Shown: positions 35,101 to 48,819, numbered from the whole stretch's first letter. The stretch is DNA of 63,144 nt, filler included, from Folioceros fuciformis (GCA_049999805.1; 24 parts of 24 records of this genome joined end to end with filler, not necessarily neighbours in it), one strand, 5' to 3'. The notes: a model not told the origin generated them from the letters alone. Numbers and translations: made by a program.

Positions 35101-35348
35101 TCATAAACTAAAGCATTTAGTGCAGGTTAATTAGATAATAAACTATTAAATAATTACATCTTGTCAAGAAACTTCAAATACAACTACTATATATGTTTTT
35201 TTGGAAAGTCCAACTTAAACTAATATAAAAAGGTATGTCTATTCGCCAAAAGATGTAACCCTAATGAAACGGTAAGCTGACTTAACATAATTACTTATAT
35301 TTCTTAATATGCTGATAACACTCTTCACCTAACCACCCTTAGGTTTCA

Positions 35349-35568
35349 TCAATACTAGTCTGCTTCTTGCAGCTCCAATTGATGGAAGCCTGGGCGAGGA
35401 GAAAAGCATAAGTGGATAAACTCTTACGAGAGTCACTATCCGAGGCCCAATCAGCGTCATTATATCCTTCAAGAGTGAGCTGAGTGGTCTGGTGTGCTTC
35501 TCATCGATAGCAGAGTCCGATATAAGGCGAGCCTTTGAGGTAACGCAAAATACGTTTCACAACATCTA
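35349..35568 (-). mobile_element. Copia RT/RNase H junction remnant
   Basis: Manual translation VKRILRYLKG...LEGYNDADWASDSDSRKSLS...INWSCKKQTSI. Confidence 0.9.
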
Positions 35569-36102
35569 AACATCTATTTTGGCCAAACTTTGCTGATGAT
35601 CTTGTTGCTTGAAAACCTCAAAATTATGTATATTATAAAATAAAATATACATGTATTTATGTAAGAAAAACTTAAACTCTGCATAATGACTATATTCTAC
35701 GCAAAGTTTTTAGCATCAAAATTAGCCTTGTGGAACGCGGGTTTTTGGCAAGTACCCGCAATAGGCAATGAGCTACTACTAACATCTTTGGTCTTGTTTT
35801 GGTAGTTAGATGAGGGACAATAATAAGGGGCACTATCGTAAACAAGTTACCTACAAGAAAATATATCCACGTAGGGAGAACATCTATGTTGGATGTAGTA
35901 CCTAAAAAATAAATATAGTTGCAAAGGGCAAGCCCCTACAAAAAAAGGGACACCTGTGTAGGATATCTATTATGTGCGGTTACTACATATAGAAGTATAT
36001 ATNNNNNNNNNNNNNNNNNNNNNNNNNNNNNNNNNNNNNNNNNNNNTTAATTAATTAANNNNNNNNNNNNNNNNNNNNNNNNNNNNNNNNNNNNNNNNNN
36101 NN

Positions 36103-37113
36103 TTTACCGTAAGGGCCGGTTGGTCATCCCCTCCTAGCTCACTGCTGTCAAACAGGCCATCCTCCATTATCTGCATGATTCCCCAATCTCGGGGCCCTTG
36201 GGTATTGACAAAACCTATGCCAAGGTTCGGGAACATTTCCACTGGGAAGGCATGCGCTCCGATTGCATAGAGTAGGTGCGCTCCTGTCAATCCTACCAAC
36301 AAGCCAAACCTAGCCATCAGAAATACCCAGGTCTTCTCCAACCCCTCCAAATCCCCAGTGGCCGTTTTCGGTCAATAGCCATGGACTTCATTACACACCT
36401 ACCTCGTACCCGCTCTGGTAAGGACAGCATCTGGGTGGTGACAGATAGGTTTTCCAAGGTCTGCCACTTCATTCCAGTCACCTCGACCATCACTACCCCC
36501 AAATTGGCCACCCTTTTTGTCCGTGAAATCTTCCGATTACAAGAAACACTAGAGGACATTGTGTCGGACAAGGACGCGAAATTCACCTTCGGGTTTTGGC
36601 GGAACTTCATGGACACACTAGGCATCAAATAGAACATGTCTTCAGCCTATCACCCAGAGATGGACGGCCAGACAAAGAAGCAGAATCAAGTGTTAGAAGA
36701 CATGCTTCGTCATTTCACACACGAGAAGCAGACGAAGTGGGAGGAACTCCTTCCCTTATTGGAGTATGCGTACAATTCCTTGAAGCACGCAGCCACAGGG
36801 GTTACTCCCTTCAAACTCCTGTATGGTGAGACATCCCCACCTTCAGGCTTATGGCCCAACAGTCAAGACAAGTGGCGAGGCGCTGTTGAAATCGCCGAGG
36901 ACATCTGGCACGAGGCCTAGATGGCTCGACAAAACTCCAAGCAGCACAAGACCGGACCTACATCACAGCAAATCGTCACCGACGCGACGTCAACTACTCC
37001 GTTGGCCAGTTTGTTTAGCTCAGAGTCAAGCCCCACAGGTATCCTGACATGATTCAGCAACGCAGTAAACTCACCTACCGCTTTGCAGGTCCTTTCCGGG
37101 TGTTGAAACGCAT
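36103..37113 (+). mobile_element. Ty3/Gypsy (chromovirus-like) integrase fragment
   Basis: HDSP.SG.LGIDKTY, CQSYQQAK, GLLQPLQIP, IAMDFITHLP, SSAYHPEMDGQT, FAGPFRV. Confidence 0.93.
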
Positions 37114-37369
37114 NNNNNNNNNNNNNNNNNNNNNNNNNNNNNNNNNNNNNNNNNNNNTTAATTAATTAANNNNNNNNNNNNNNNNNNNNNNNNNNNNNNN
37201 NNNNNNNNNNNNNCTGAGATCCTGGTGCCTTCGCGCTCCAAGATCGATGCTCACTGTATTTCCTAGATGCACCACTAGGTTGCGCTCCTAGCTGCGCCTT
37301 GAGGCAGCGATGGCGCGTGCCTATATGCATTTGCAACAGTCTTTCTCTAGCTAGGTGACGTAGGTAGGC

Positions 37370-38658
37370 TTAGGTATTCGGACACTCCACTAACCCCATG
37401 GCTCTAGAGAACTTCTCATGCTTGTCCCGGGGCAGAGGTTTTGTAAGCAGGTCAGCAATATTTTCGTGTGTGGACACATACTGTAGACTGACTTGTCCTT
37501 CTGAGATGACCTGCCGGATGAAGTGGTGCTTAATATCGATATGTTTAGTGCATGCGTGCATTACCGGATTTTGAGAGAGGGCGATGGCTGATTGGTTATC
37601 GCTGAGTAGTGGTGTCGGGGCAGCTTGTGTCTCCCCCAGCGATGCTAACAGCTCCCGGCAATGGAGAATATCTTGGGCAGCCGTTGTAGTGGCTATATAC
37701 TCAGCCTCAGTAGAGGAGAGTGCTACCACTTGCTGCTTCTTTGAGTGCCAGGCTATGACTGTTGACTGATGTTCATCTTGGCCTAGCATAAGGCAATGTG
37801 CTGAGATAGATCTTCTGCTGTCAGTGTCCGCTGCCCAGTCAGCGTCACAATAGCAAGTAAGTAGCAGTCTTTCAGGTCTCTTGGAGTATAGCAGACCTAA
37901 TCTTGGTTTGGTACCAAGATATCTGAGTATCCGCTGTACAGCATGCCAATGGGCAGAACCATAGTTTGACAAGAATTGGGATGCAACCCCAACAGCGTGT
38001 GACAGCTCTGGACGTGTCCAGTTCCTGAAATATATGCAAACTCCCACTGCTTGCCTGTACGGTATGGATTCCATCTCCTGCCTTTCTTTTTCAGTCTTTG
38101 GACATTGTGCAAGAGTCAGTTTATCTCCAACAGCCATAGGTGTTGCCACTGGCTTTGCATGCTGCATTCTGAACCTGACTAGTGTTTGTTGCACAAATGT
38201 TGACTGATGTATAAATATTGTGTGTGCAGCGAGATTCTGCTGGATCTGTATGCCAAGAAAGAATGTCAGCTGGCCCAAATCCGACATAAAGAATTCAGAG
38301 GTCAGAAACCCTTTCACTGTTGTCATGTGCTTTGGACCACTGGCCATGATGACCGCATCATCAACATACAGGGCCAGGTACACTACACCGTCCTTGTCAT
38401 GTAGTTTATAAACATTAGAATCTGCTTCACTTTGTGCAAAACCACATTGCTTGAGATAGGCATCAATACTCTTATACCATTCTCTAGGGGACTGTTTCAG
38501 TCCATAGATAGTTTTGATAAGTCGACAGACTTTCTGTGGATGCTTAGGATCCACATAACCTTCTGGCTGCTTCATATAGATAGTTTCTTCTAATTTTCTG
38601 TTTAGGAATGTGGTTTTAACATCCATGTGCTGTAACAGGAAATCATTCTGAGCAGCCA
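37370..38658 (-). mobile_element. Copia RT-RNase H, open 418+ aa
   Basis: MDVKTTFL, YGLKQSPR, LYVDD, YCDADWA, VALSSTEAEY, DNQSAI, TKHIDIKHHFIR, ADLLTKPL. Confidence 0.97.
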
Positions 38659-38758
38659 NNNNNNNNNNNNNNNNNNNNNNNNNNNNNNNNNNNNNNNNNN
38701 NNTTAATTAATTAANNNNNNNNNNNNNNNNNNNNNNNNNNNNNNNNNNNNNNNNNNNN

Positions 38759-39096
38759 GGTGTTGGTGCTGGAGCGAGAGAGTGAGTGAAGTGAGTGAAG
38801 GAAGATGCAGATCTGAGAGGTTAGAGTCGTTGTAGTGACTGGAGTGAGTTTGTGGGCACCGAGAGAGGTGCAGCTGACCGCCGGACAGCGAGGCCTGTCC
38901 TACGCCTGATTGGAGCTGGAGGGGAGCCCTCGAATCCATCATCGAGTTGATCAAGTCCGACCCTCCATCCACAGCAGCAAGGAACCCCATCGCTCCTTCG
39001 TGGGAACGAAACCCAATGTCTCAACGACAGTGGGATAAGTGTGGCCACTAAAGGTGGAACCCGTCGGCAATCAGTGCCCGGGGTTTTGCCTCCACA
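38759..39096 (+). mobile_element. LTR family X, 3' end
   Basis: Ends ...ggggttttgcctccaca; reverse complement of 5400-5740. Confidence 0.85.
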
Positions 39097-39883
39097 ACTG
39101 GCAAGTTAGTCAAAGGGCACACCCCTTCTAAACTGCTACTTAAGGCCTACCTTTGTATCCACCTAATCAATTTGCTAATAGATCATTTTCAATGCATTTG
39201 CTTCCGAGTTAGCAATTCTAACTAGAAGTGCTGTCGGTGAGAGTGGCTGAACGACTGGGAAAGTCTGGGGTAGCATGAGACCCTGGAGCGCCGTTTAGAT
39301 CCTAAGCGAGATCATTAGAGGTGAGTCGTCTAGAGTTAGAAAGAGAGAAGAGAGAGAGAGAGACCGAGTGTGGGGCCCGCCGAGGTAGTGGAGTCCACGG
39401 CTATCGTGGAGTAATGACCGAGGTAGTCGAAGAGCTGAGGTAGTAGAAGTACCCCTGGGGTAGTTGAAAAGACCTCCCCCCCCCTCGGTAGTTGAGTGAG
39501 TCCGTAAGGTAGTACAGGGCCCGGGTAGCTGAGCTGCAACGGAGGTAGTGGTAGCTGATTGGCAGGTAGAGGAGCGAAAGGTAGGTAAAGTCTGACCTTG
39601 GATAGTAACTGACTTTGTGAGAAAACCCGTGTTATTTAGCACAAATCATTCCTTTGGGATCGAATCCCTGAGCTGTAACGACAAAGAGGGTTTGTGTGGA
39701 CCTTGCAGCACCCCCGGGTGTGATAATTTCCCCCACATGGTGTGCTACGAAGGCAAGAGGAATTCTAATGGAGGTCGACTTCANNNNNNNNNNNNNNNNN
39801 NNNNNNNNNNNNNNNNNNNNNNNNNNNTTAATTAATTAANNNNNNNNNNNNNNNNNNNNNNNNNNNNNNNNNNNNNNNNNNNN

Positions 39884-40925
39884 GAGGGTGGGCTGGCAGA
39901 TCTAGCCGGCCAGGAGGCCAGATCGACAGACAGTCCTAGGTGGGTCAGCCAGGGGCGGAGCTGGATCCGGCCGTGATGGCTGGCCGATCCTAGAGCCAAG
40001 CGAGGGCCTGGCTAGCAGGGGAGGCCCCAGTTGGGGGCAGGCCGCTCCAGCGGGTTGTGGCAGGCCAGAGCGGATCAAGCAGGACGGCTGGCCATGTCGG
40101 GCTGCGAGCAGGTAGGCTGCCCGACTTGCAGGAACTGGCGGGGGTGGACCTGAGCCAGGGCAGCAAAGGCTGAGCCGACCATCAGCGGCCAGCCAACCGA
40201 TCGGGCTGCAGGTGGGCAGTCCGACAGCCTTGCATGGCAGGCAGCCTGGCTTGTCGCTGAGCAGGCTGGTTGGTGGCGGATCCGGGAAGCCTGGATGATT
40301 GGCAAGCCAGGCTGCAGGTAGGCGTTGCTAGGAGCAGACCCAGGCAGGCTGCGGGCTAGATCCAGCAGGCCGGAACGGATCAGGTAGGGCGTGCGCCGCT
40401 GGAGACTGGCCAAGCGAGGTGTAGGAGGCCTGGCTAGGTGGACAGCTAATCAACGGTAGGGTCTCAAGCGGGTTGCCTACGAAATCCAGGCAAGTAAGCG
40501 GAGCCAGGACGCGCAGAATCGGGCTCAACGGGATTGACGCAAGCAAGAGGCAAGCTGGGGCGGGCAGCGTCCAGGCGGATCAGAGGTGGGCGCTGGCATC
40601 CAGGCAAGCGGCGCCCCAAGCAAGCGGGTGGCCAGGATCAGTCTAGTAGGTTGGACCATGGGGTTGGTTGGCCGGATCTGGCCAGGCATCCAATAGGCGG
40701 GGCACAGGCGGCTTATGGTGCCCGTGCCTCTGCTCCGGGCCGGTTTCTATTTGGCATCAACAGCAACAATAGACGGGGCTTGGCAAGGGTCTCGTCTTGG
40801 CCAGGCCGGATGGGCAAGGTGGGTGGCGTTGTGCCCAAGGCGGGCTGGCTGGGTGCGGGGCCTAGGCAACAACCGGGTGGCGGACCCAGCAAGCTGGCTG
40901 CCTGGCTAGGTTCAGGAGGGCAGGC
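39884..40925. repeat. GC-rich, G-skewed degenerate repeat region
   Basis: Same word composition as 1-1061. Confidence 0.55.
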
Positions 40926-41025
40926 NNNNNNNNNNNNNNNNNNNNNNNNNNNNNNNNNNNNNNNNNNNNTTAATTAATTAANNNNNNNNNNNNNNNNNNN
41001 NNNNNNNNNNNNNNNNNNNNNNNNN

Positions 41026-41106
41026 AGTGGGATAAGTGTGGCCACTAAAGGTGGAATCCGTCGGCAATCAGTGCCCGGGGTTTTGCCTCCACATTTTTGG
41101 CGCTGG
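41026..41106 (+). mobile_element. LTR family X 3' end (to 41093) plus putative PBS TGGCGCTGG (41098-41106)
   Basis: ...gcctccaca tttt tggcgctgg is the layout typical of Athila/Tat 5' LTR-PBS junctions. Confidence 0.7.
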
Positions 41107-41429
41107 CTGTGCACTGCAGGAGTCAGTTGGCAGCAAGGCCGTTTGAACGGGCTCGTTGGCCGCCTCAGGAGTCACACACTGCAGGAGTCGGTTGGAAGTG
41201 CAGCAGCCGCGCGGCGCATTTAGGACAACCGGGGCCTGCTTGGCCACCCAGTGGGGCGGAGTTGGGGTAGACTACGGCGGCTGGTTGTCGCTGGTCAGAG
41301 CCGGCCTAGCAGAGCCGCCAGGGCTGGCTGGAAAGGTGGGCTCTCGCTCCGATGTGCCAGTATCCGGGGATGATTTCGGGTTGTTTGCCGCTTTCTGGTA
41401 CATCTGCACGAGGTTGGCCTCCGGCCTCC

Positions 41430-44400
41430 CTAAGGCTGAAGATGGCTAGGGTTGCTGCGCCATGATGTCACCAAGGCAGGCTGCAGATTGTTGTGGTGCT
41501 GATTGGTCCTCCACTGGGCTGCTGTGAGAAGTTGAGAGGGGCACTCCACCACAGGTTTGAGCATGGAGACATGGAATGTCCGGCACATCCTCCAATCTGC
41601 TGGTAGGGAGAGTTGGTAGGCCACCAGGTTGATTTGTCGAGAAATCTTGAAGGGCCCAACAAACCGACAGGAGAGCTTCCCTTTGTGTGAACTAGAGTTG
41701 GGTATCGATGGGGCTTCAGCCTAAGCCACATTGATTGGCCAACCTGGTACAAGACTAGTTGCTAGGTCCTGTTTGCATTTATGCTAGATCAGTTCTAGGC
41801 AGCCAGTAGCTTCTTCTGGGCTTCTTGAATTTTTTGAAACACATCTTCACTAAGCTTTGCGGCGCTCTACCAGTGGTGTTGTGTAGATGGCCACAACCCT
41901 AGAGGTGGTGGGCATTCTCCGTATGGGAGCTTAAAGAGGGCAACCCCTATGGTTGCATGGCAGGATGTATTGCAGGCAAACTCCAAGAGAGGTATCATGT
42001 CATCCCACATCCCTTGTTTCTCATGACAAAAGTGCTGGAGCATATCTTCTAATACCTGGTTATGCTTCTATGTCTGGCCATTAGATTCCGGGTGGCATGC
42101 GGAGGAGAGGTTCTACTGAATATCTAGGGTCTCAGTGAAAGCCTTCTAGAAGTGGGAGGTGACCTTGCCATCCCGGTCTATCACGATATTGTATGGGGTT
42201 CCATGTAGGCAGAAGATCTCTTGAATAAACAGTCGTGCAAGCTTGGCGGCTGACATTGTGGCTGTGATTGGAACCAGGTGATAGGTCTTCGACAACCTGT
42301 CCACAACAACCCAAATGTTGTTCCTTGCCTATCCTGGTTTGAGGCTAGTGGGTGATAAAATCCATGTAAATCGATTGGAAACGTTCTGTGGGAACGGATA
42401 AGGGTTGGAGCAAGCCAAGTTGTTTTTGATTCTATGTTTTGGCTTGTTGGCAGGAAACGTAGGAGCGGACCCAATCGATGACGTCTGTCTTCATGTTCTC
42501 CCAATAAAAGTGTTCCTTCACGTGAGAATATGTTTTGTCAATTCCCAAGTGGCCCGGTATCGAGCTATCATGCAAGTCGTGGAGTATGGATTATTTAATC
42601 TCGGCCCATAGAGTAGGAGTATACCATCAAGGGAGGCTAACTGGTCGTGGAGTATGGATTATTTAATCTCTAATCATGAGTCTACCTTTGTAGTAGAGGC
42701 ATGCATCTTTGACAATATACTCCTATGTGAGGGCAGTGGGCATCCCTGTCTGGTTGTCCAACAAAACTTGGTGATACACTGACCAACATTTTAGGTCTTG
42801 TGGCAGGCCACCCGCACTAGGCGTATGGTTTCCAACTAAATGGTCATCAACATGTAGGCCTTCCTACTCAGAGCGTCAGCGATGATGTTGGTGGGCCCAT
42901 GACATAGCAAATCTCAAAGTCAAAGTCAGCCAAGTGTTTAGACCAACATCTCTAACGTCCATTCAAGTGAGGTTGACTGAAGAAATGATGGAGAGAATGA
43001 CAGACAAATGTCGGCCCAATACGTAGTGTCTCCACACCTTTGTTGCATGGACCACCACCAACATTTCCTTGTTGTGGACTGTGTACTTCAGCTGAGCCCC
43101 CTATAACTTGTGGGATTCATATGCAATGACCTTCCCACCTTGGGAGAGTATAGCACCAATGGCTGAGTCGAAGGCATCTGTATGTACCACATAAGGCAGT
43201 GTCGGGTCAGCTACTTCTAGGACTTTGGCATTGCTCAAGGCATGTTTTAGTTGTCCAAATGCTTTGGCCGCATGTTAATCTAATTTTAGCTCCTTGTTGG
43301 TAGGTTGCTTGAGCGCATCCGTTAGGAGCAGTGCGATTTTGCTGAAGTCCTTGATGAATCTTCTATAGAAACCCGCCACCCCGAGGAACCCTCTCAGTCG
43401 TGTTACGTCTTGAGGTAAGGGCCAATCCGTGATTGCCCTAACTTTGCGCGTGTCCACTAGGATTCCTTTTGAACTGATGATATGGCCCAGGTATTTGCAT
43501 TTGCTTGCATGAAGACACATTTGCTTTGCTTGGCTAGAAGTTTGTTTTTGCGCAGCAGTTCAAACACCCTCCTAACTAGTGCATAATGCTTATGTGGCTC
43601 TCTTGTGTATATCAGTATGTCGTCAAAGAAGACCTCAACACCCATGCCCAAGAGAGGGCGTAAGATCTCCTACATTAGGCACTGGAAGGTGGCCAGGGCA
43701 TTGATATGTCCAAAGGGCCTTACCACAAACTTGAAGTGCTTGTGTCTAATTCGAAATGTCGTTTTATACTTGTCCCCCTCCCGGATGTGGATTTGGTGGA
43801 AACCAAAATGTAAGTCAATCTTTGCGAAGTACCTTGCTGCATGTAACTAATCTAGGATCTCATCTATCTGCGGCATCTGGTACATGTTTCTAATAGTTGC
43901 TCTATTTAGCCCCCAATAGTCAATGCACAACCTCCACCTGCCATCCGATTTTCCAACCAACAATACACGAGCCCTGAAAGGAGATACTAAGGGGCACACA
44001 AAGCCCTGTTGTAGAAATTCATCCACTTGTCTTTTGATTTCCTCCCCCTCTACTGCAGATATCCTATATGGAGGGATGCTAACCGATTCATGCCTAGGAA
44101 TTAACTAAATAGCATGGTTGATGGGCCGACAAGGCAGGAGCTCGGAAGGTACTTCAAATAGATCCTGAAATTCTATAAGTAGTTCCTTCATTTTGCTAGG
44201 TAAGGCAGCTTCTTCTTCTGCTGCCTACACTGCCCAGATTTCTGCAGTGCCCTCCAAGGGTAGGACTCGCTTTAGCCTAGCCACGAACAAGAATTTGCCT
44301 TGGACAGTGGCTTTATTGAGAGCTGACACTGCGAACAGGTGTTTGCTAGGGATGTACTTGTTCCCATTTATTACATGCTAGCTGCTATCTGAGCTTAACT

Positions 44401-45236
44401 AACTACATTGTTTGCCCAGTCGATGTCTAGGCAACTGGAGTGTTTGGCAAGCCACGGCTTCCCAATTATGAGGTCATGGTCAAAGGGCTGGCATCACAGT
44501 GAATTCCAGGGTCTCTACGTACCCACCAAGGAAGGTAACCTCTATCGTCGCACACATTTCCCTACTAGTGTCTCTTCGATTGAGGGTTGTCACCATTGTG
44601 GAGACAAGGCCCGTGTCTACAATACTTAGTCCAGCTTTCTCCGCTGCTATCCGCAAGATATAGTGCCCCAAAGTCCAATAAACCGGTGGCTAGCATCCCT
44701 CCTAGTTTCACTAACAATTTGATTGGGGTGTGTCCCAAGTCATGGGTCCCAGGTTGGGCCTAACCTTGACCCGACTTGCAGACAAGAGCTGCTTCCTTTT
44801 GGGAACCAGGCTCTTCTTCAAATATGACCATGTGGTTCCTCTTAATCTGGTTCTCTACTCCCACGGTGGTGCACATGGTCGCCCGATCTCTCTGAGCCAA
44901 TTTATGAATTCTCTGTGGTGGGAACAACCCTTGGACCCATGTCCAATCAACATATAAGTGAAGCACATGTGCTTCTCTTAGTATCTCTTCTCCTCATCTG
45001 TTAAGACTTTGAAGATTGGTTTTTTCTCCATCGCATTTGCTGATTGACTCCACCGCAGCTTGGAAGGGATGTTGTTCAGGTGTTTGTGTTTGTTGCTGCC
45101 ATAATTGATGGTTGTCTTCATATCCTTGGGCAGTGTGCCCGGGGTGGTCTAGTTAATGTCCGCCCACAAGTTGTACTTCAGTCTATCTATGAACTGCTCT
45201 ATGTTCTGCTCTTCATCCAAGCATGGCATATCCAAG
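41430..45236 (-). mobile_element. Heavily decayed Ty3/Gypsy gag-protease-RT-RNase H-integrase (chromovirus-like)
   Basis: VFFDDILIY, LRGFLGVAGFYRRFIKDFSKIA, HTDAFDSAIGAILSQ, AYQLSLP...FHVSMLKP. Many stops and frameshifts; integrase resembles 36103-37113. Confidence 0.92.
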
Positions 45237-45468
45237 TGTGGAGGCAAAACCCCGGGCACCGATTGCCAACGGGTTCCACCTTTAGTGGCCACACTTATCC
45301 CACTGTCGTTGAGACATTGGGTTTCGTTCCCACGAAGGAGCGATGGGGTTCCTTGCTGCTGTGGATGGAGGGTCGGACTTGATCGACTCGATGACAGATT
45401 CGAGGGCTCCCCTCCAGCTCTGATCAGGCGTAGGACAGGCCTCGCTGTCCGGCGGTCAGCTGCACCTC
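45237..45468 (-). mobile_element. LTR family X 3' end inserted in Gypsy gag
   Basis: tgtggaggcaaaacccc..., matching the other X copies. Confidence 0.85.
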
Positions 45469-45568
45469 NNNNNNNNNNNNNNNNNNNNNNNNNNNNNNNN
45501 NNNNNNNNNNNNTTAATTAATTAANNNNNNNNNNNNNNNNNNNNNNNNNNNNNNNNNNNNNNNNNNNN

Positions 45569-47700
45569 GTGCTCGTGGAGAGGGGTGCGAGCATGTGTGG
45601 AACCCTAAGTCGGGCGTGTGAGGGCGAGTTGTGGCGTTGGGAGCGTGCGGAAGGGGGTTGGGCATAGGTGTGTGGGTGGCGTGCTTAGACTTGCCATGGC
45701 CTTGCCCAGGTGCGCCGGGGGCTGGGGATCTTGAGAGCAGGCAACTGGATAGGCCAGGAGTAGGGCCAGGCTTGGCCGGATCCTGGTTGGCAGGCGGGCC
45801 GACTTGCTGCTGTGGGGCTCCCGACAGGCCGGCTAATCGGTGGTTGCAAAGCTCCGCTGGGTTCAACAGGCCGGGGTGACCACAAGATGGCTCCAGGCAG
45901 GGTAGTAGGAGGGAGGCCTATTGCGGGTAGCTAGGCTGGCTGCTTGGCCGAGGCTTGGAGCCAGCAGCGGCCGGCTGTTCGGCCAGCTGAGCTAGTCGGC
46001 TGGTCAAGGCTGGAGGCGGAGGCGGGCTGCGAGGGCCTGAGCGATCTGGCCAGTTGGCTGGACTGTGGCCAACTGGCGGCCTGTCGACATCATGGGGACC
46101 GACCAGCAGCAGGCAGGCAGCCAGTGTGCCAACGGATGGTGGGTGATGGCCGGCTGAGGAGTCTCGCCGGCAGCAGGCAGGAGAAGACGGCTATCTAGGC
46201 CTGCTACCTGGCAAGATCCAGGAGGGCAAACCGCCATTGCAAGGCGGCCCGGAGGGTGGCCGGACCAGCAGCGGCCCGGTGGTGCGACCAGCCGGTCGGC
46301 ACCAGCTGGTTGCATTGGCGGCACGATGGCAGGGGCCTGGCCATCGGGTCCGGCTGCCTTGTGGCCAAATCCAACCAGCCAGTAGACCGGCCGACTGATC
46401 GAGGATGGGCCAAACAGGGCTGGACGGCCAGGTAGCAGCCAGGCGGGTCGATGGCTGGCAATCCTGTCTAGCTGAGGGCAGGCACGTAGCCGCTGCAAGC
46501 GGCAGACCCAACCAGGCAACAAGGTGGCATTCAGGAGCACTCAGTGGAGGGTTCATGGCAGCCCGGTGGTGGCGTTGCGTCCAGGCCGGGGAGCGGTGCC
46601 GGATCCAAGGCGACTGGGGCTGGACCCGGAAGCCATGCACCATCCTGGCTGCAGGAGCCCAAGCAGCCAGGTAGGCTAGCCTGGCCTCTAGGCGGGTGAA
46701 TCTAGCGGGCAGCCAGGCCGAGCAGGTTGGCCGCATGGCTGGATCTGAAGGCCGGAGGTCGGCTAGTGGCCTCTGGCCAGTCGGCCCAGACAAGCGGGTG
46801 GTCAGATCCAAGTCGGGCTGACCAGCAGGTGAGCCCAAGCATGCGTAGTCAGGTTGGTAGGGGGGGCTTGCTAGATTCGGCTGGGAAACCAGCCAAATCT
46901 AGCCAGCCAACAGGCTGGCTAGACGGTTGGCCAGCGGGCTCGGGTGGCCCTGACTAGATCAGGTGCTGGCGGCAACGCGGTGTCCAGACCTGGGAGTGGG
47001 CGGGCGAAGTCAGTAGGGTTTAGGGTTTAGGCTGAATCCGGAGGCCGGCTGGCAGCCTCTGACCAATCGGCATGGGCAGAAGGAGGTTGGCGGAGCTAGG
47101 CCAAGGCCAGGGGCAGGCCAGGAAGGCTGGTCAAGGTTGGTTGGCTGGCCGGATTCGGACCAGCAGCTGGGGCAGGCCGTGGGGCGGCGGGATGGCCGGA
47201 TCGCCAAGCAGCCGCCGGGCGGCTGGCGGCCGGCTGAGGGAACCCCAGGCAGGGGGGGAAATCCAAGCCAAGCCCGGCCGCTGGGGACCAGGCAGGCGGA
47301 TCCTGCCAGTGGGGACCATGCAGGCGGACAAGGTTGGCGGATCCAGCCAGCCAGGAAGGCTGGTGGCATGGCTGGATCCGAAAGCCAGCAAGGCTGGTGT
47401 GTGGCCTTGGTGCACATGGCCGGGCTGGCATGGGAGGCCGGCTGCATGGGAGGAAATCCAGGCAAGAGGGCGGCCTGGGTGAATCGGTTAAGAGGGGGTG
47501 TGCGGCCAGGCTGGTAGGTGGATCCAACCGGGCAACCAGACAGCCGCCTGGCTTGGGGAGGATTGCGGCGGCCTGGCTGGATCGCCAGGCAGGCCGTGCT
47601 AGCCAGCAAGTGAGGCTTAGGCTAATGGCAGGTTGGTAGGGAGACCTCGGTGGGGTAGGGGCTGTAGGAAATTTCCAGAGTGATCCGTTGCTGCGACAGG
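45569..47700. repeat. GC-rich, G-skewed degenerate repeat region
   Basis: Same texture as 1-1061; contains gggtttagggtttagg at ~47016. Confidence 0.55.
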
Positions 47701-48581
47701 GGAGGCTCACCACCATCCTTGGGCGCCCTAGTAGCCTTTCTTCCCTGAGTGAATTCAGCCACAAATTGTCGGCTAGCACGTCCTCTAGTCAATTAATTTT
47801 GCACTCTTCTATCTGGGCTTCCTAGCCCCAAATCACGCTTCAATTCACAAATTTTGTTCTTTTGATAGACCTAAGACTAATAAGAAGAGAAGGCCTCGAC
47901 TGAGCACTCATCCCTGGGCATGAATTTTTGAGAACGGGAGAGTAGTGCCTCTAATTTGTGTGGTCGAAGATTATAGCGGCTTCAATACTGTTTATGATAT
48001 ATAGGTCCACACTCGGAAGCAAGCAAGTGAAGACCCATCACTCATAGATGTTATGCTATCAGAACTCTGAAGTGAAGCGTCCCACACACGGAACAATACC
48101 TGGATGGGGACCTGGCAGAGATCTGATAATTTAATTCTAAACCTTCTAGTTCCTTTTTCTTTTAGAAATTCTATTTTCTAATTAAAAACTCTAGATTAGG
48201 CTAGCATTTTAAACTACCTAAAAGAGTATTTTAACGATGCAAACCTTTCGATCTAGATTTGCTTGCTTTTAACTTATGCAAATTCTAAACTATTTGCTTT
48301 TAATAAGAACACTTAGATTGACGAGACAAATCTAGAGACCTTGAAGCCCATCATGTAATCAAGAATTTGCTTCTTTATACAAAAAATGATTACAAACACC
48401 TAAGACTCACATCTTGGATTATTGAAATCCTCAATGATCTTTTGAAGTAAATTTTCTTATCCTTTTTTTTTCTTTCTTTATAAGACTTGTATCTAGAACC
48501 ATTGTAGTCCCTCATACTTTTCAAAAAAGCACAAATCTAGAAATAAGGAAGAAATAGCTAGCAAGTCCATGGAGGATCATT

Positions 48582-48819
48582 GCTTTGATACCAAGTTAGA
48601 GATGCCATGCGGAAGCAATTGCCTAGAACGTGCTTTCTAGCAACTATATTAAAAGTTATATTAAAGGGTTCATAAGTAGGTCTTTTATAGCGGTTTAACA
48701 AAGGGGTGTGTCCTTTCAACTAGCTTGTTAGTTAACTAACTACCATTTATAACTAGGTCTAGTTAGACTAACCAAAGTGACACAGAATCACGTGGTCTGC
48801 CTTATTTCCAACTTCAACA
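48582..48819 (-). mobile_element. Met PBS variant (48582-48593) plus 5' LTR (~48594-48819), inserted in Copia gag
   Basis: gctttgatacca; LTR likely starts TGTTGAAG where gag homology ends (RMRENEV). Confidence 0.7.

Noticed and set aside
45513-47779. Many overlapping 80-227-aa ORFs on both strands
   Set aside because: Low-complexity G/P/A/R/W products expected from very GC-rich DNA; no domain motifs.
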